DNA of 43,055 nucleotides from an uncultured Candidatus Melainabacteria bacterium (GCA_934693215.1 CAKUVB010000001.1:1-43055), one strand, 5' to 3'; shown: positions 1 through 7,983, counted from the first letter of the stretch. The notes: generated from the letters alone by a model not told the origin. Numbers and translations: made by a program.

Positions 1-582
1 ATATTGGTTTTAGCTGCAGCAATTAACAGAGTTTCTTTTTACAACAAAAACAAACGTGACGTTGTTCAGTTTATTCCTAAACTACAAAAAGAATTAGCTA
101 AAAACAACCTTGTTGGTGCTCAAAATTTAGCACTTCAATGTGGTGGTGTTATCGGTGAAGTTACAGAAGAAGCTGTAAGAATTTTTTCTGAACAAAAAAA
201 CGGATTCTCTCGTTCATTTGATATCGCTGCAAGTTTAGCATCAAGAAAATTGGAAAACCATTTAACAATTCTAGGTACAATTGGTGGTGTTGCACCTTTC
301 TTAGGTTTGTTTGGTACTGTTGTAAGAATCCTATATACATTCCAAGATTTAGCAACACAAGGTAACCAATCTGCAGCAGTTGCTATGGGTATTGGTTCTG
401 CTTTGATTGCTACAGCATTTGGTTTGGGAGTTGCGATTGTTGCAGTTATCTGTTTCAACTCTTTCCAAGCTATCGTAAAACGTTTTGAGGACGATTTCCA
501 ATTAATCAAACTATTATTCTTAAGCTTTGTTGATTCAGAAGATGAACAATCAACAGGTAAATCTCAAAGTATAGCATTATAA
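1..582 (+). CDS. exbB: MotA/TolQ/ExbB-family proton-channel protein (5' end cut by window edge)
   Basis: The frame is open from base 1. The C-terminal half has the family-typical TM helices (GTIGGVAPFLGLFGTV, GIGSALIATAFGLGVAIVAV). Two ExbD/TolR genes follow directly. Confidence 0.85.
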   Translation: MLVLAAAINRVSFYNKNKRDVVQFIPKLQKELAKNNLVGAQNLALQCGGVIGEVTEEAVRIFSEQKNGFSRSFDIAASLASRKLENHLTILGTIGGVAPFLGLFGTVVRILYTFQDLATQGNQSAAVAMGIGSALIATAFGLGVAIVAVICFNSFQAIVKRFEDDFQLIKLLFLSFVDSEDEQSTGKSQSIAL

Positions 583-600
583 TCATAGGAACATACTACA

Positions 601-1080
601 ATGGCTATAAAAAACGGCAAAAATGCCATGTTTACAGAAATAAATATTACACCGCTAACGGATATCTTTTTGGTACTTTTAATCATAATGATGGTTGTTG
701 CACCGACATTCCAATCTGTTGATAATTCAATAAGTGTACCTGAGATAAATAGTGGTGTTGCCATTGAACAGAAAAATGCTACCGTTGCAGTAACTCAAGA
801 CGGTACAATGTATTTGAATGATAAACGTGTAAATCCAGATAATTTAGCATCAGCATTAGTTGAACTAAAACCAACTCTAGAAAAGAAAGAAGTTGTAGTT
901 AAGGCTGATGAAAAAGTTAAGAGTGCAGAAATCATGAAAATAATGAATGCTGCACAAGAGGCTGAATATAAAAAACTTGTTGTTGCGGGAGAACCTTTAA
1001 ATAAGAAAGCACAAAAAGTTTTGGAAAAACAAAATGAAATTATTGAACAAAACCAAGAACAAATGGAAGGAGGTTATTAA
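601..1080 (+). CDS. exbD: ExbD/TolR-family biopolymer transport protein
   Basis: N-terminal signature FTEINITPLTDIFLVLLIIMMVVAP (single TM) with a periplasmic domain. It lies directly downstream of the ExbB-like gene. Confidence 0.85.
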   Translation: MAIKNGKNAMFTEINITPLTDIFLVLLIIMMVVAPTFQSVDNSISVPEINSGVAIEQKNATVAVTQDGTMYLNDKRVNPDNLASALVELKPTLEKKEVVVKADEKVKSAEIMKIMNAAQEAEYKKLVVAGEPLNKKAQKVLEKQNEIIEQNQEQMEGGY

Positions 1081-1457
1081 TGAGAGATTCTTTTAACGAA
1101 ATTAATATCACTCCACTAACAGATATTTTCTTAGTGCTTTTGATTATAATGATGGTTATAGCACCTTTGCTAGACCAACAAGGTTTGAATTTGACCGTAC
1201 CGGAAAACGTTAAAGCTGAAAATGTTAAAGAGGCTAAAACTATCAATTTTGTAATTACGAATGATGACAAATTTATGTTAGATGGTCAAGAAGTTGATGC
1301 AGACCAACTAGAATCTGTCATTTCTTCTCAATCAAAAACATTAACAGACGGTTTGTTAATCCAATCAGACCCTGAAGCGACACATGGTGCTATTGTAAAA
1401 CTTATGGATAGTGCTAGAAATTCAGGTGTTACAAATATATCTGTTGTTGGTTTATAA
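1080..1457 (+). CDS. exbD: ExbD/TolR-family biopolymer transport protein (second paralogue)
   Basis: Same signature (FNEINITPLTDIFLVLLIIMMVIAP). Its start overlaps the previous stop (TAATG), indicating translational coupling. Confidence 0.85.
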   Translation: MRDSFNEINITPLTDIFLVLLIIMMVIAPLLDQQGLNLTVPENVKAENVKEAKTINFVITNDDKFMLDGQEVDADQLESVISSQSKTLTDGLLIQSDPEATHGAIVKLMDSARNSGVTNISVVGL

Positions 1458-1465
1458 TCACCTTT

Positions 1466-1885
1466 TTATTTATATAATTCATCAGTATAACTTGCGAATT
1501 TTCGTATCAATATATTAACTCTATCTTTCAATTTATGCTGAGATTTTGGCTTGACAGAATCTACTACAACCTGTTCTTTATCAACGAAATACTGTCTTGC
1601 TATCATAGTTTTGGGGTACATTTTGTTAGCTTTATGAACAAGTTGTTTATTCAAAGATTTTACAACAAAATCATTATCAACAACTTTAGCATTTTGTTTA
1701 AAACTATCATTTAATCTATTTGCATATTCTTTATTAATTTTGTGTTCGGCAAGCATACCTTGTGTTGGACTGTTCAAAGTTGATTTCATAAAAGTTCTTG
1801 CTTTTGCTACCTCAAAAGTAGTTGGTGATTTTAACATTGATTGATACATATCTCTTGCTTGATTTACAACATTATTGATTGACAT
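1466..1885 (-). CDS. hypothetical protein, 139 aa, Lys/Asn-rich, no recognised domain
   Basis: Long ORF with a strong SD (GGGAGG) 6 nt upstream of the ATG. The N-terminus is MSINNVVNQ. I recognise no family motif. Confidence 0.6.
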   Translation of the reverse strand: MSINNVVNQARDMYQSMLKSPTTFEVAKARTFMKSTLNSPTQGMLAEHKINKEYANRLNDSFKQNAKVVDNDFVVKSLNKQLVHKANKMYPKTMIARQYFVDKEQVVVDSVKPKSQHKLKDRVNILIRKFASYTDELYK

Positions 1886-1963
1886 ACAAACCTCCCTTTT
1901 TTCAATAAAAACATACCCAAACTATGTATTCAATATTTAGTAACAAAAAGGATACACATAATA

Positions 1964-1987
1964 CAAAAGCTGCAGTTACCTGCAGCT
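1964..1987 (-). terminator. intrinsic terminator downstream of the 82-aa gene
   Basis: Perfect 8-bp stem AGCTGCAG / CTGCAGCT with a 4-nt loop. On the minus strand it is followed by a U-run (A-run 1965-1968 on the plus strand). Confidence 0.6.
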
Positions 1988-2027
1988 AAAAAACACACTA
2001 ACACTTAATTTTTATTCTAAAACTTTT

Positions 2028-2276
2028 TTATGGTTTCTTGAAATGCTTAACCAATCTATAAATTCCGTAAGCCGCAGAACCAATTGCGGTTAAAATTCCA
2101 CCTATCGTAAGACCTTTTTTTAAATTGCTTGATTTTTTAGTAGATGGTTCAAAAGAGTCAGTTGGATATTCCGGAGCTTTTGGCATTGGCGGTTTTCCGC
2201 AAATGTTTAACCCTTGATCATACAAAGCATTTATTAATAAATCATCTGCTCCATAATATGATGGTACACCTTGCAT
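2028..2276 (-). CDS. hypothetical small tail-anchored membrane protein, 82 aa
   Basis: The ORF has an SD-like GAAAGG upstream and one C-terminal hydrophobic helix (GLTIGGILTAIGSAAYGIY) followed by basic residues. It is bracketed by motif copy E1 and a terminator. Confidence 0.6.
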   Translation of the reverse strand: MQGVPSYYGADDLLINALYDQGLNICGKPPMPKAPEYPTDSFEPSTKKSSNLKKGLTIGGILTAIGSAAYGIYRLVKHFKKP

Positions 2277-2309
2277 AAACTAACCTTTCAAATTAACCTT
2301 ACTCTTATA

Positions 2310-2336
2310 TAAAGTATTTTTTTATTCAAAAATTGC
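2310..2336 (-). promoter_or_regulatory. bipartite motif GCAATTT-N14-ACTTTA, copy E1 (perfect)
   Basis: The minus strand reads AAAAAAGCAATTT-ttgaataaaaaaat-ACTTTA. The ATG of the 82-aa gene is exactly 33 nt downstream. Confidence 0.6.
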
Positions 2337-2411
2337 TTTTTTGTAAAAAAATGTAACGTTAGGTAAATTTTTTGCTTATATTATAGCAAAATCAAAAATT
2401 CCCATGACTTA

Positions 2412-2440
2412 TTGATATGGTGGAGAAAACACTGTATAAT
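2412..2440 (+). promoter_or_regulatory. sigma70-type promoter TTGATA-N17-TATAAT
   Basis: TTGATA (2412-2417), a 17-nt spacer and TATAAT (2435-2440). It points toward the kinase gene at 2587, leaving a ~140-nt leader. Confidence 0.5.
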
Positions 2441-2586
2441 GAATATATAACCAACAAACTTAAAAATGTATGAATTCCTTATTATATAAGGGCTTCAGCA
2501 AAAATTTAACAAAACATAACAAATTCAGAAAAATTTTCTGTTTTAAAGTAAAATGTTACTAATATATGGGAACAATGGTGTAGATT

Positions 2587-3426
2587 ATGATGGAAACCTT
2601 AGACTTAACTAGTTACAATTTTTACTCAAGCCGTTTAGATATGGAATTGATATCTAACATTGTTGAGGGCTTTAAAGAAATCTTAGAAGAAGACAAGAAA
2701 GAGAAACAACCTTTATTTTTAAAGGTAAAAGACAATTTTATTATGAATATTGCACGTAAAGTTGTACAAGAAAAGAAAAAAACTTTTCTTATTGGTATAA
2801 CTGGTGAAAGTGCATCTGGCAAAACAGTTTTTGTTGATAACACAATTCAAGCTGTAGTAAAAGACAAAAAAGAAGGTATCTACACAGTTATTAGATGTGA
2901 TGACTATTACAAAGACACATCAAAAGAACTTCAACAAGCGGGAAGTTACGAAGAATTGTTTAAATCAGGTTTCAGCTTTGATACTCCTGAAGTTATCAAT
3001 CTAGCTTTGATGAGAGAACACCTTATGGGTCTAAAACAAGGTCAAACTGTTGTTTCTCCTCGTTATGATTTCAAAACTTGTGAATCTCACCCTGATGGAG
3101 ATGTAAAAACTCCAGCAAAAGTTATTTTAACAGAAGGTTTATACGTACTTAATGAAGAAGTTCGTGACATTATGGACGTAAAAGTTTATGTATTTACTCC
3201 ACTTAATGTTATAAAAGAAAGATGGTATAAACGAGCTATCTCAAGAGGCAAAACCGGAGAGGCTGCAGATTTACAATTCAAAGATGTAAACAAAACTGCT
3301 CAACAATATATCAGACCAACATACCAAATTGCTGACTGCATAATTAACGGTATGGTTACTCAAGAATATATTCAAGAAATTACTGATAAAATGTTCAAAA
3401 AACTTTCTGAAATTATCGGTGGGTAA
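2587..3426 (+). CDS. phosphoribulokinase/uridine-kinase-family P-loop kinase
   Basis: Walker A GITGESASGKT, a later DDYY motif and a family-like C-terminal half. A ~65-aa N-terminal extension precedes the P-loop. Confidence 0.75.
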   Translation: MMETLDLTSYNFYSSRLDMELISNIVEGFKEILEEDKKEKQPLFLKVKDNFIMNIARKVVQEKKKTFLIGITGESASGKTVFVDNTIQAVVKDKKEGIYTVIRCDDYYKDTSKELQQAGSYEELFKSGFSFDTPEVINLALMREHLMGLKQGQTVVSPRYDFKTCESHPDGDVKTPAKVILTEGLYVLNEEVRDIMDVKVYVFTPLNVIKERWYKRAISRGKTGEAADLQFKDVNKTAQQYIRPTYQIADCIINGMVTQEYIQEITDKMFKKLSEIIGG

Positions 3427-3476
3427 TATTTTTAAGAAACTTTGTTCTTATCTCATTTTTGGTATAAAATACCGAA

Positions 3477-4562
3477 ATGAACAAGGTTATGCTTAAAAAT
3501 AAAAACCTATATTATATTGGTGGCATTGTACGTGATATGATTCTTAATAAAGAATCTTTTGACATTGATATCACATACGTTGGCAATGCTATTGAATATG
3601 CACAAACATTAAATAATATTGAGATTATTAAAATTAATGAGCCATTTGGAACAGTAAAAATCAAACATAATGGTCAAGAAATAGATTTGGCATCAACAAG
3701 AAATGAAATATATCCCAAAGCCGGACACTTACCTGTTGTCGTTGAGATAGGGTGTTCTTTAAAAAAAGATGTAGAAAGACGAGATTTTACCATTAACACT
3801 CTAGCAAAATCTCTTGAAACAGGAGAAATAATTGATTATTTAGGTGGCTTAAAAGATATTGAATCCAAAACCATTAGAGTTTTGCACGACAATAGTTTTA
3901 TAGATGACCCAACAAGAATAATTAGAGCATTAAAATTTTCTGTAAGATTTGGGTTTGATTTAGATTCGCATACAAAAGAATTACAAACAAAATATTTACA
4001 GAATATTAATTATGATATGAGCTATAAAAGAGTAAAAAAAGAGATTATAGAAACATTTAACTTGAATTCTCAACAAGCTTTTGAAAGATTTTTTGATGAA
4101 AAAATTTATAAACTATTAACTATAAAAGAATTTAAAAAACCAAAATATAATATTCAAAAATTAATAGAAAAATATCCTGTCAAAAATGTTTGGTTGGTTT
4201 ATCTTGGTTGGTGTGATTTGAGCAAACTTTCGCTAACTAAACAAGAATCAAAGATTATTGAAAACTATAATAGACTAAAAACTTTGAACCTTGAAAATAA
4301 TTATGAACTATACAAAGAGTTTAAGGATTCCGAAAAAGAGAGTATTCTTTTATATGCAATAAACATTGATGATAAAAAAGTGTTCCATTATTTTGAAAAC
4401 CTTGCAGATATCAAACTGAATATTACTGGAAAAGATTTGCAGAATATGGGAATAAAACCGTCTAAAAAATATTCTGAATGTTTTGAATATGTTTTGAAAC
4501 AAAAAATACAAAATCCTAAAATAAATGAACAACAAATTGCACTAGAATTTTTTAAGCAATAG
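3477..4562 (+). CDS. cca: tRNA nucleotidyltransferase (CCA-adding)/poly(A) polymerase family protein
   Basis: Motifs GGIVRDMILNK..DIDI, RRDFTINT and DDPTRIIRALKF are typical of class II nucleotidyltransferases. The protein is short (361 aa) and lacks an HD domain. Confidence 0.75.
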   Translation: MNKVMLKNKNLYYIGGIVRDMILNKESFDIDITYVGNAIEYAQTLNNIEIIKINEPFGTVKIKHNGQEIDLASTRNEIYPKAGHLPVVVEIGCSLKKDVERRDFTINTLAKSLETGEIIDYLGGLKDIESKTIRVLHDNSFIDDPTRIIRALKFSVRFGFDLDSHTKELQTKYLQNINYDMSYKRVKKEIIETFNLNSQQAFERFFDEKIYKLLTIKEFKKPKYNIQKLIEKYPVKNVWLVYLGWCDLSKLSLTKQESKIIENYNRLKTLNLENNYELYKEFKDSEKESILLYAINIDDKKVFHYFENLADIKLNITGKDLQNMGIKPSKKYSECFEYVLKQKIQNPKINEQQIALEFFKQ

Positions 4563-6126
4563 TTTTAATTTTATTTGGTTGTTGAGGTTGGGCTTGTACT
4601 TGTTTTGTAGCTTGAGCCACTTGTTGTTGATAATCATGTGTTCCAGGGAAAGCATCAACACCTGTCATTTTTTTAGTAATCCAATACTGTAAATCAGGAA
4701 TCAATTTCGACAAGAATAATGCTGCAACTGCAAATCCAGCTACAAAATTAATGCCGTTGTACATCATATTTTTATTTTTCATTTTCTTCAACAAATTCAA
4801 ATCAACTATATTTCCGTTTTTCTTTGCGGCTTTGCAAACATCATCTACATAATCCTTCATTCTTCCATTTAATTTTTCTAACTTTTTGTAAGAAACAAAC
4901 TTATTAGGATTAGAAGATGCACCATCTGTGTATAATTCATGTGCTGATTTTAAGAGTTCAGGATTATTAAGTTCCCCACCTTGATAAACCCCTCTTACTT
5001 GAGCTCTTGTCAAAATGCCTTTTCCTTGTTGTTGAGGTTGAACAGTAGACATTTTTGCTGCACGAGCTTGGATTTCCGGATTGGTTTCAATCTCATTAAA
5101 TCTATCAAGAGTAATTGCCTCAGCTTTTTCTCCAAAGAACTTATCAATATCAACTGTTGATGTTTGATTACCATAAGCTCGTTTTTTGAATTCCTCAATA
5201 GACATTGTTGCATTATGTTCATTGTCAAACATACTAGCAAAATGGTTGTGCAAAATACCCGCAGTATTAGGGTCAAGCCTTGTCCAACGACCAGATTCAG
5301 CTTTGTTCATCGCTGCTCTAACATGGTCTTGTGCAAACATATAGAAATAAATCGAACCGCCATCACGTACGACAATTTCTACTTTTTCTTCTTTTTTACG
5401 GGCATTGTATGTTCTACCACCAAGTACACCCAAATCAGTAGATAATAACTGACCAGTGTTGGTGTTTTCCATAAAGTTTGTGAAAGTGTTTAGTCCACCT
5501 TTAAATGCTGGCTGACCTTGTGATATTGCAGGATTTTGCGTGATTTTTGTTTTAAAATTATCAAATTTTGATTTGTTAGACGCATCATCTTGGACAACTG
5601 TCAAACGATAATGAGGAACAATATGATTTTTATCTTGTTTTTTGAAGGAATTAGTAATTTTATGGTTTAGTGGCGGAACAACAAAACCAATAATATAGTT
5701 TGCGGCAAGCACACTAGCTGCAACTTTACCAAATTTCAACATTGAAAGCTTGCGTTCGGATAAATTTTTTGGATTGAATAATTTGTTTTTAATAAAGTTA
5801 TTAAACGGTTTTCTTACAGCATCTTGACCGACATCAAATGAAGAATCCAGACGTTTGCCATTCGAACCTTTTGCGACATTAAGGAATTTCGCAATGACTT
5901 TATCTCCAATATAATTAAAGAGTTTTACTCCACCAAGCCATACAAGAGAACCGCTAGTTTCTTCTATTGCACGTTCTCTGGCTTCTTCTACGCCACCTCT
6001 TTTATATGCTTTTGCAGTACGACCGGTCACAACAAAACCCTCTAACCCAATAATTGGAGTAAGAGCATCTTGTTTTGTAACAATTGTTATACCTTTTCCA
6101 AGTAAATTGCCTAAACCTGCAGTCAC
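4552..6126 (-). CDS. hypothetical membrane protein, 524 aa, Gln-rich C-terminal tail
   Basis: GTG start with AAGGA 6 nt upstream. Several hydrophobic helices (e.g. FGKVAASVLAANYIIGFVVPP, INFVAGFAVAALFLSKLI). No recognisable domain. Its 3' end overlaps the cca-like gene by 11 nt. Confidence 0.7.
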   Translation of the reverse strand: MTAGLGNLLGKGITIVTKQDALTPIIGLEGFVVTGRTAKAYKRGGVEEARERAIEETSGSLVWLGGVKLFNYIGDKVIAKFLNVAKGSNGKRLDSSFDVGQDAVRKPFNNFIKNKLFNPKNLSERKLSMLKFGKVAASVLAANYIIGFVVPPLNHKITNSFKKQDKNHIVPHYRLTVVQDDASNKSKFDNFKTKITQNPAISQGQPAFKGGLNTFTNFMENTNTGQLLSTDLGVLGGRTYNARKKEEKVEIVVRDGGSIYFYMFAQDHVRAAMNKAESGRWTRLDPNTAGILHNHFASMFDNEHNATMSIEEFKKRAYGNQTSTVDIDKFFGEKAEAITLDRFNEIETNPEIQARAAKMSTVQPQQQGKGILTRAQVRGVYQGGELNNPELLKSAHELYTDGASSNPNKFVSYKKLEKLNGRMKDYVDDVCKAAKKNGNIVDLNLLKKMKNKNMMYNGINFVAGFAVAALFLSKLIPDLQYWITKKMTGVDAFPGTHDYQQQVAQATKQVQAQPQQPNKIKTIA

Positions 6127-6193
6127 AATTAATCCTTATTTTCTACACTTTCATGATAAATAAGTCATGAACATATACATATTTGCTTATTTT

Positions 6194-6229
6194 ATCAAAA
6201 ATGTTACGAAATTTGAATCAAAATGTTAC
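6194..6229. repeat. direct repeat ATCAAAA(A)TGTTAC x2, 23 nt apart
   Basis: ATCAAAAATGTTAC at 6194-6207 and ATCAAAATGTTAC at 6217-6229. They lie between the response-regulator stop and the start of the 524-aa gene. Confidence 0.5.
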
Positions 6230-6244
6230 AATCAACCGTATATT

Positions 6245-6907
6245 TTACACTAATCCCTCTTTCAAAGCTTTTACTGCGGCTTGTGTTCTATCATCAACAA
6301 CAAGTTTTTGAATAATATTACAAACATGAGCTTTTGCAGTATGCTCACTTATAGTAAGGGTTTTAGCAATTTCACTATTGGTTTGTCCATCAACAACAAG
6401 TTTTAGGACTTCGTATTCTCGTTGAGTAAGATTAGAATGTGTTTCTCTAAACCCAGCTCTTGATAATTGACGAGGAGGAATAACTCCACAATTTTTATCT
6501 TTTATAAATGGAACAACTTGTGGGTCTATCCACATCGCCCCATTTTTTATTGTTTTTAAAATAACCATGAGTTGTTCTGTATTTATGTCTTTCATTATGT
6601 ACCCAAACGCACCGGCTGATAAGGAGTTAAATATCTCGTCTTCTGATACACGAGCCGTTAATATCACAACTTTAACATTAGGAATATTTAATTCCATAAT
6701 TTTTTTTGTAGCATCAATCCCTGATATATCAGGTAATCCGATATCCATCAGAACAATATCAGGCTTTAACAATTTTGCTTTTTCAACAGCTTCTGCACCG
6801 TTTTGAGCTTCAGCAACTATTTCTAGTTCAGGATATTCTTCAAAAAGTGATTTTATCCCAATTCGCATAAGTTTTTGGTCATCTACAAGTAAAATACGTA
6901 TAGCCAT
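6245..6907 (-). CDS. NarL/LuxR-family two-component response regulator (REC + LuxR HTH)
   Basis: REC motifs LLVDDQ, DIVLMDIGLPDISG and LTAR, followed by the C-terminal HTH LTQREYEVLKLVVDGQTNSEIAKTLTISEHTAKAHV. The start is set at MAIRILLVDD because GGAGG lies 7 nt upstream; the track's start at 6922 has none. Confidence 0.9.
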   Translation of the reverse strand: MAIRILLVDDQKLMRIGIKSLFEEYPELEIVAEAQNGAEAVEKAKLLKPDIVLMDIGLPDISGIDATKKIMELNIPNVKVVILTARVSEDEIFNSLSAGAFGYIMKDINTEQLMVILKTIKNGAMWIDPQVVPFIKDKNCGVIPPRQLSRAGFRETHSNLTQREYEVLKLVVDGQTNSEIAKTLTISEHTAKAHVCNIIQKLVVDDRTQAAVKALKEGLV

Positions 6908-7037
6908 AATTATCCTCCACAATAGATTTTATTGTGAATCAATTATTTTTATATCGTCTTTAAGCAATAGTCCAAAGATAATCTTATGAATTTATATTTT
7001 TGAATTCTCATTTGATAATAATATAAATTTCCTATCT

Positions 7038-7193
7038 CTAATCTCTTTCAAACCGTTCTTTTATTGGACATTCTTCATCTACCCAAATAAGAGTTATTTG
7101 AGTTGGCATAGAAAACGGATTTGTTTTTGATACGATTTTATCAAATTTGTTTATTTTTTTATTCAAGGTTTTGAAAAAATTTATTATTTCCAT
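7038..7193 (-). CDS. possible small ORF, 51 aa (MEIINFFKTLNKKINKFDKIVSKTNPFSMPTQITLIWVDEECPIKERFERD)
   Basis: Below the track's length cut-off and translated by hand. AAGGAA lies 10 nt upstream of the ATG. Most of the ORF falls inside the left copy of the direct repeat. Confidence 0.3.
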   Translation of the reverse strand: MEIINFFKTLNKKINKFDKIVSKTNPFSMPTQITLIWVDEECPIKERFERD

Positions 7194-7285
7194 AAATACA
7201 TTATTCCTTGATATTTGTATTTAAAATCGGAACAAAGTATAAATTTTCGAAAAGAAATTTAACCACATCGACTAGGTTTGATATT
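7043..7285. repeat. left copy of direct repeat flanking the EF-hand gene
   Basis: 7043-7179 matches 7987-8123 with a handful of substitutions and 1-2-nt indels. 7255-7285 is identical over 31 nt to 8136-8166. The left copy carries ~75 extra nt (7180-7254). Confidence 0.85.
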
Positions 7286-7310
7286 ATCGTAATATTTCTT
7301 AACGCATATA

Positions 7311-7337
7311 GCAATTTCTTACCCCAAGTTGGTTTTA
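7311..7337 (+). promoter_or_regulatory. bipartite motif, copy E5 (degenerate second box: GCAATTT-N14-GTTTTA)
   Basis: The first box and the 14-nt spacing are exact. The ATG at 7371 is again exactly 33 nt downstream of the second box. Confidence 0.4.
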
Positions 7338-7370
7338 TATAAATATATAAAAGTGTGTGGAGGTAAATCT

Positions 7371-7949
7371 ATGGTTTATTCTGTTAGTAACAATATTGCG
7401 ACAATTACCGGACAAAATGGTATATACGACAAAAAAGTAACATCACCTGATGTCAAATACGGACGTAATGCTGCCGCTAATTACAACCAATATATCAAAG
7501 ATATTGTAAAATCTCCCGATTTGCCACCTCTCAAATTTGAATACAGATATATTCCGACAGGAAAGTACTCGACCCAAGCACTTATGGGCAATGCTTATGA
7601 AGAATTAGGCAAAAAAACAGAAGTTTCTGTGAAAGAGCTGAATGAAAAACTGCAATCTCCTGAATTGACTGCAGAAGCACTTGACCTTAATAATGACGGA
7701 AAAGTCGATATCGCTGAATATGCAACCTCTACTATGGCTACCGATATGCTTGATACAGACCAGACAAAATGTGATGTAAAAAATCTTGACGGAAAAATTA
7801 CCAACAAGGGTGAAGACGCAACAATGCATCTATATACAAAACAAAATGTACAAAACGCAAAAGCCTTGTTCACAGAAATTCATAAACACTTTGACCTTGA
7901 TAAAGCAATGAATGAGTTTAAGGCTAATCCGAATAATACTATAGAATAA
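7371..7949 (+). CDS. hypothetical protein with one canonical EF-hand Ca-binding loop
   Basis: The start is moved to ATG 7371 because GGAGG lies 7-8 nt upstream. DLNNDGKVDIAE fits the 12-residue DxNxDGxIDxxE loop. A second, imperfect loop is DVKNLDGKITNKGE. There is no signal peptide. Confidence 0.65.
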   Translation: MVYSVSNNIATITGQNGIYDKKVTSPDVKYGRNAAANYNQYIKDIVKSPDLPPLKFEYRYIPTGKYSTQALMGNAYEELGKKTEVSVKELNEKLQSPELTAEALDLNNDGKVDIAEYATSTMATDMLDTDQTKCDVKNLDGKITNKGEDATMHLYTKQNVQNAKALFTEIHKHFDLDKAMNEFKANPNNTIE

Positions 7950-7983
7950 TTATTGTTTGTTGTTTTAACATTTTAAATAACTA

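Noticed and set aside
7329-7370. TTG start at 7329 for the EF-hand protein, as given in the ORF track
   Set aside because: ATG 7371 has a GGAGG SD at proper spacing and sits exactly 33 nt after motif copy E5, like two other genes. The TTG has no SD and would overlap the promoter-like motif.
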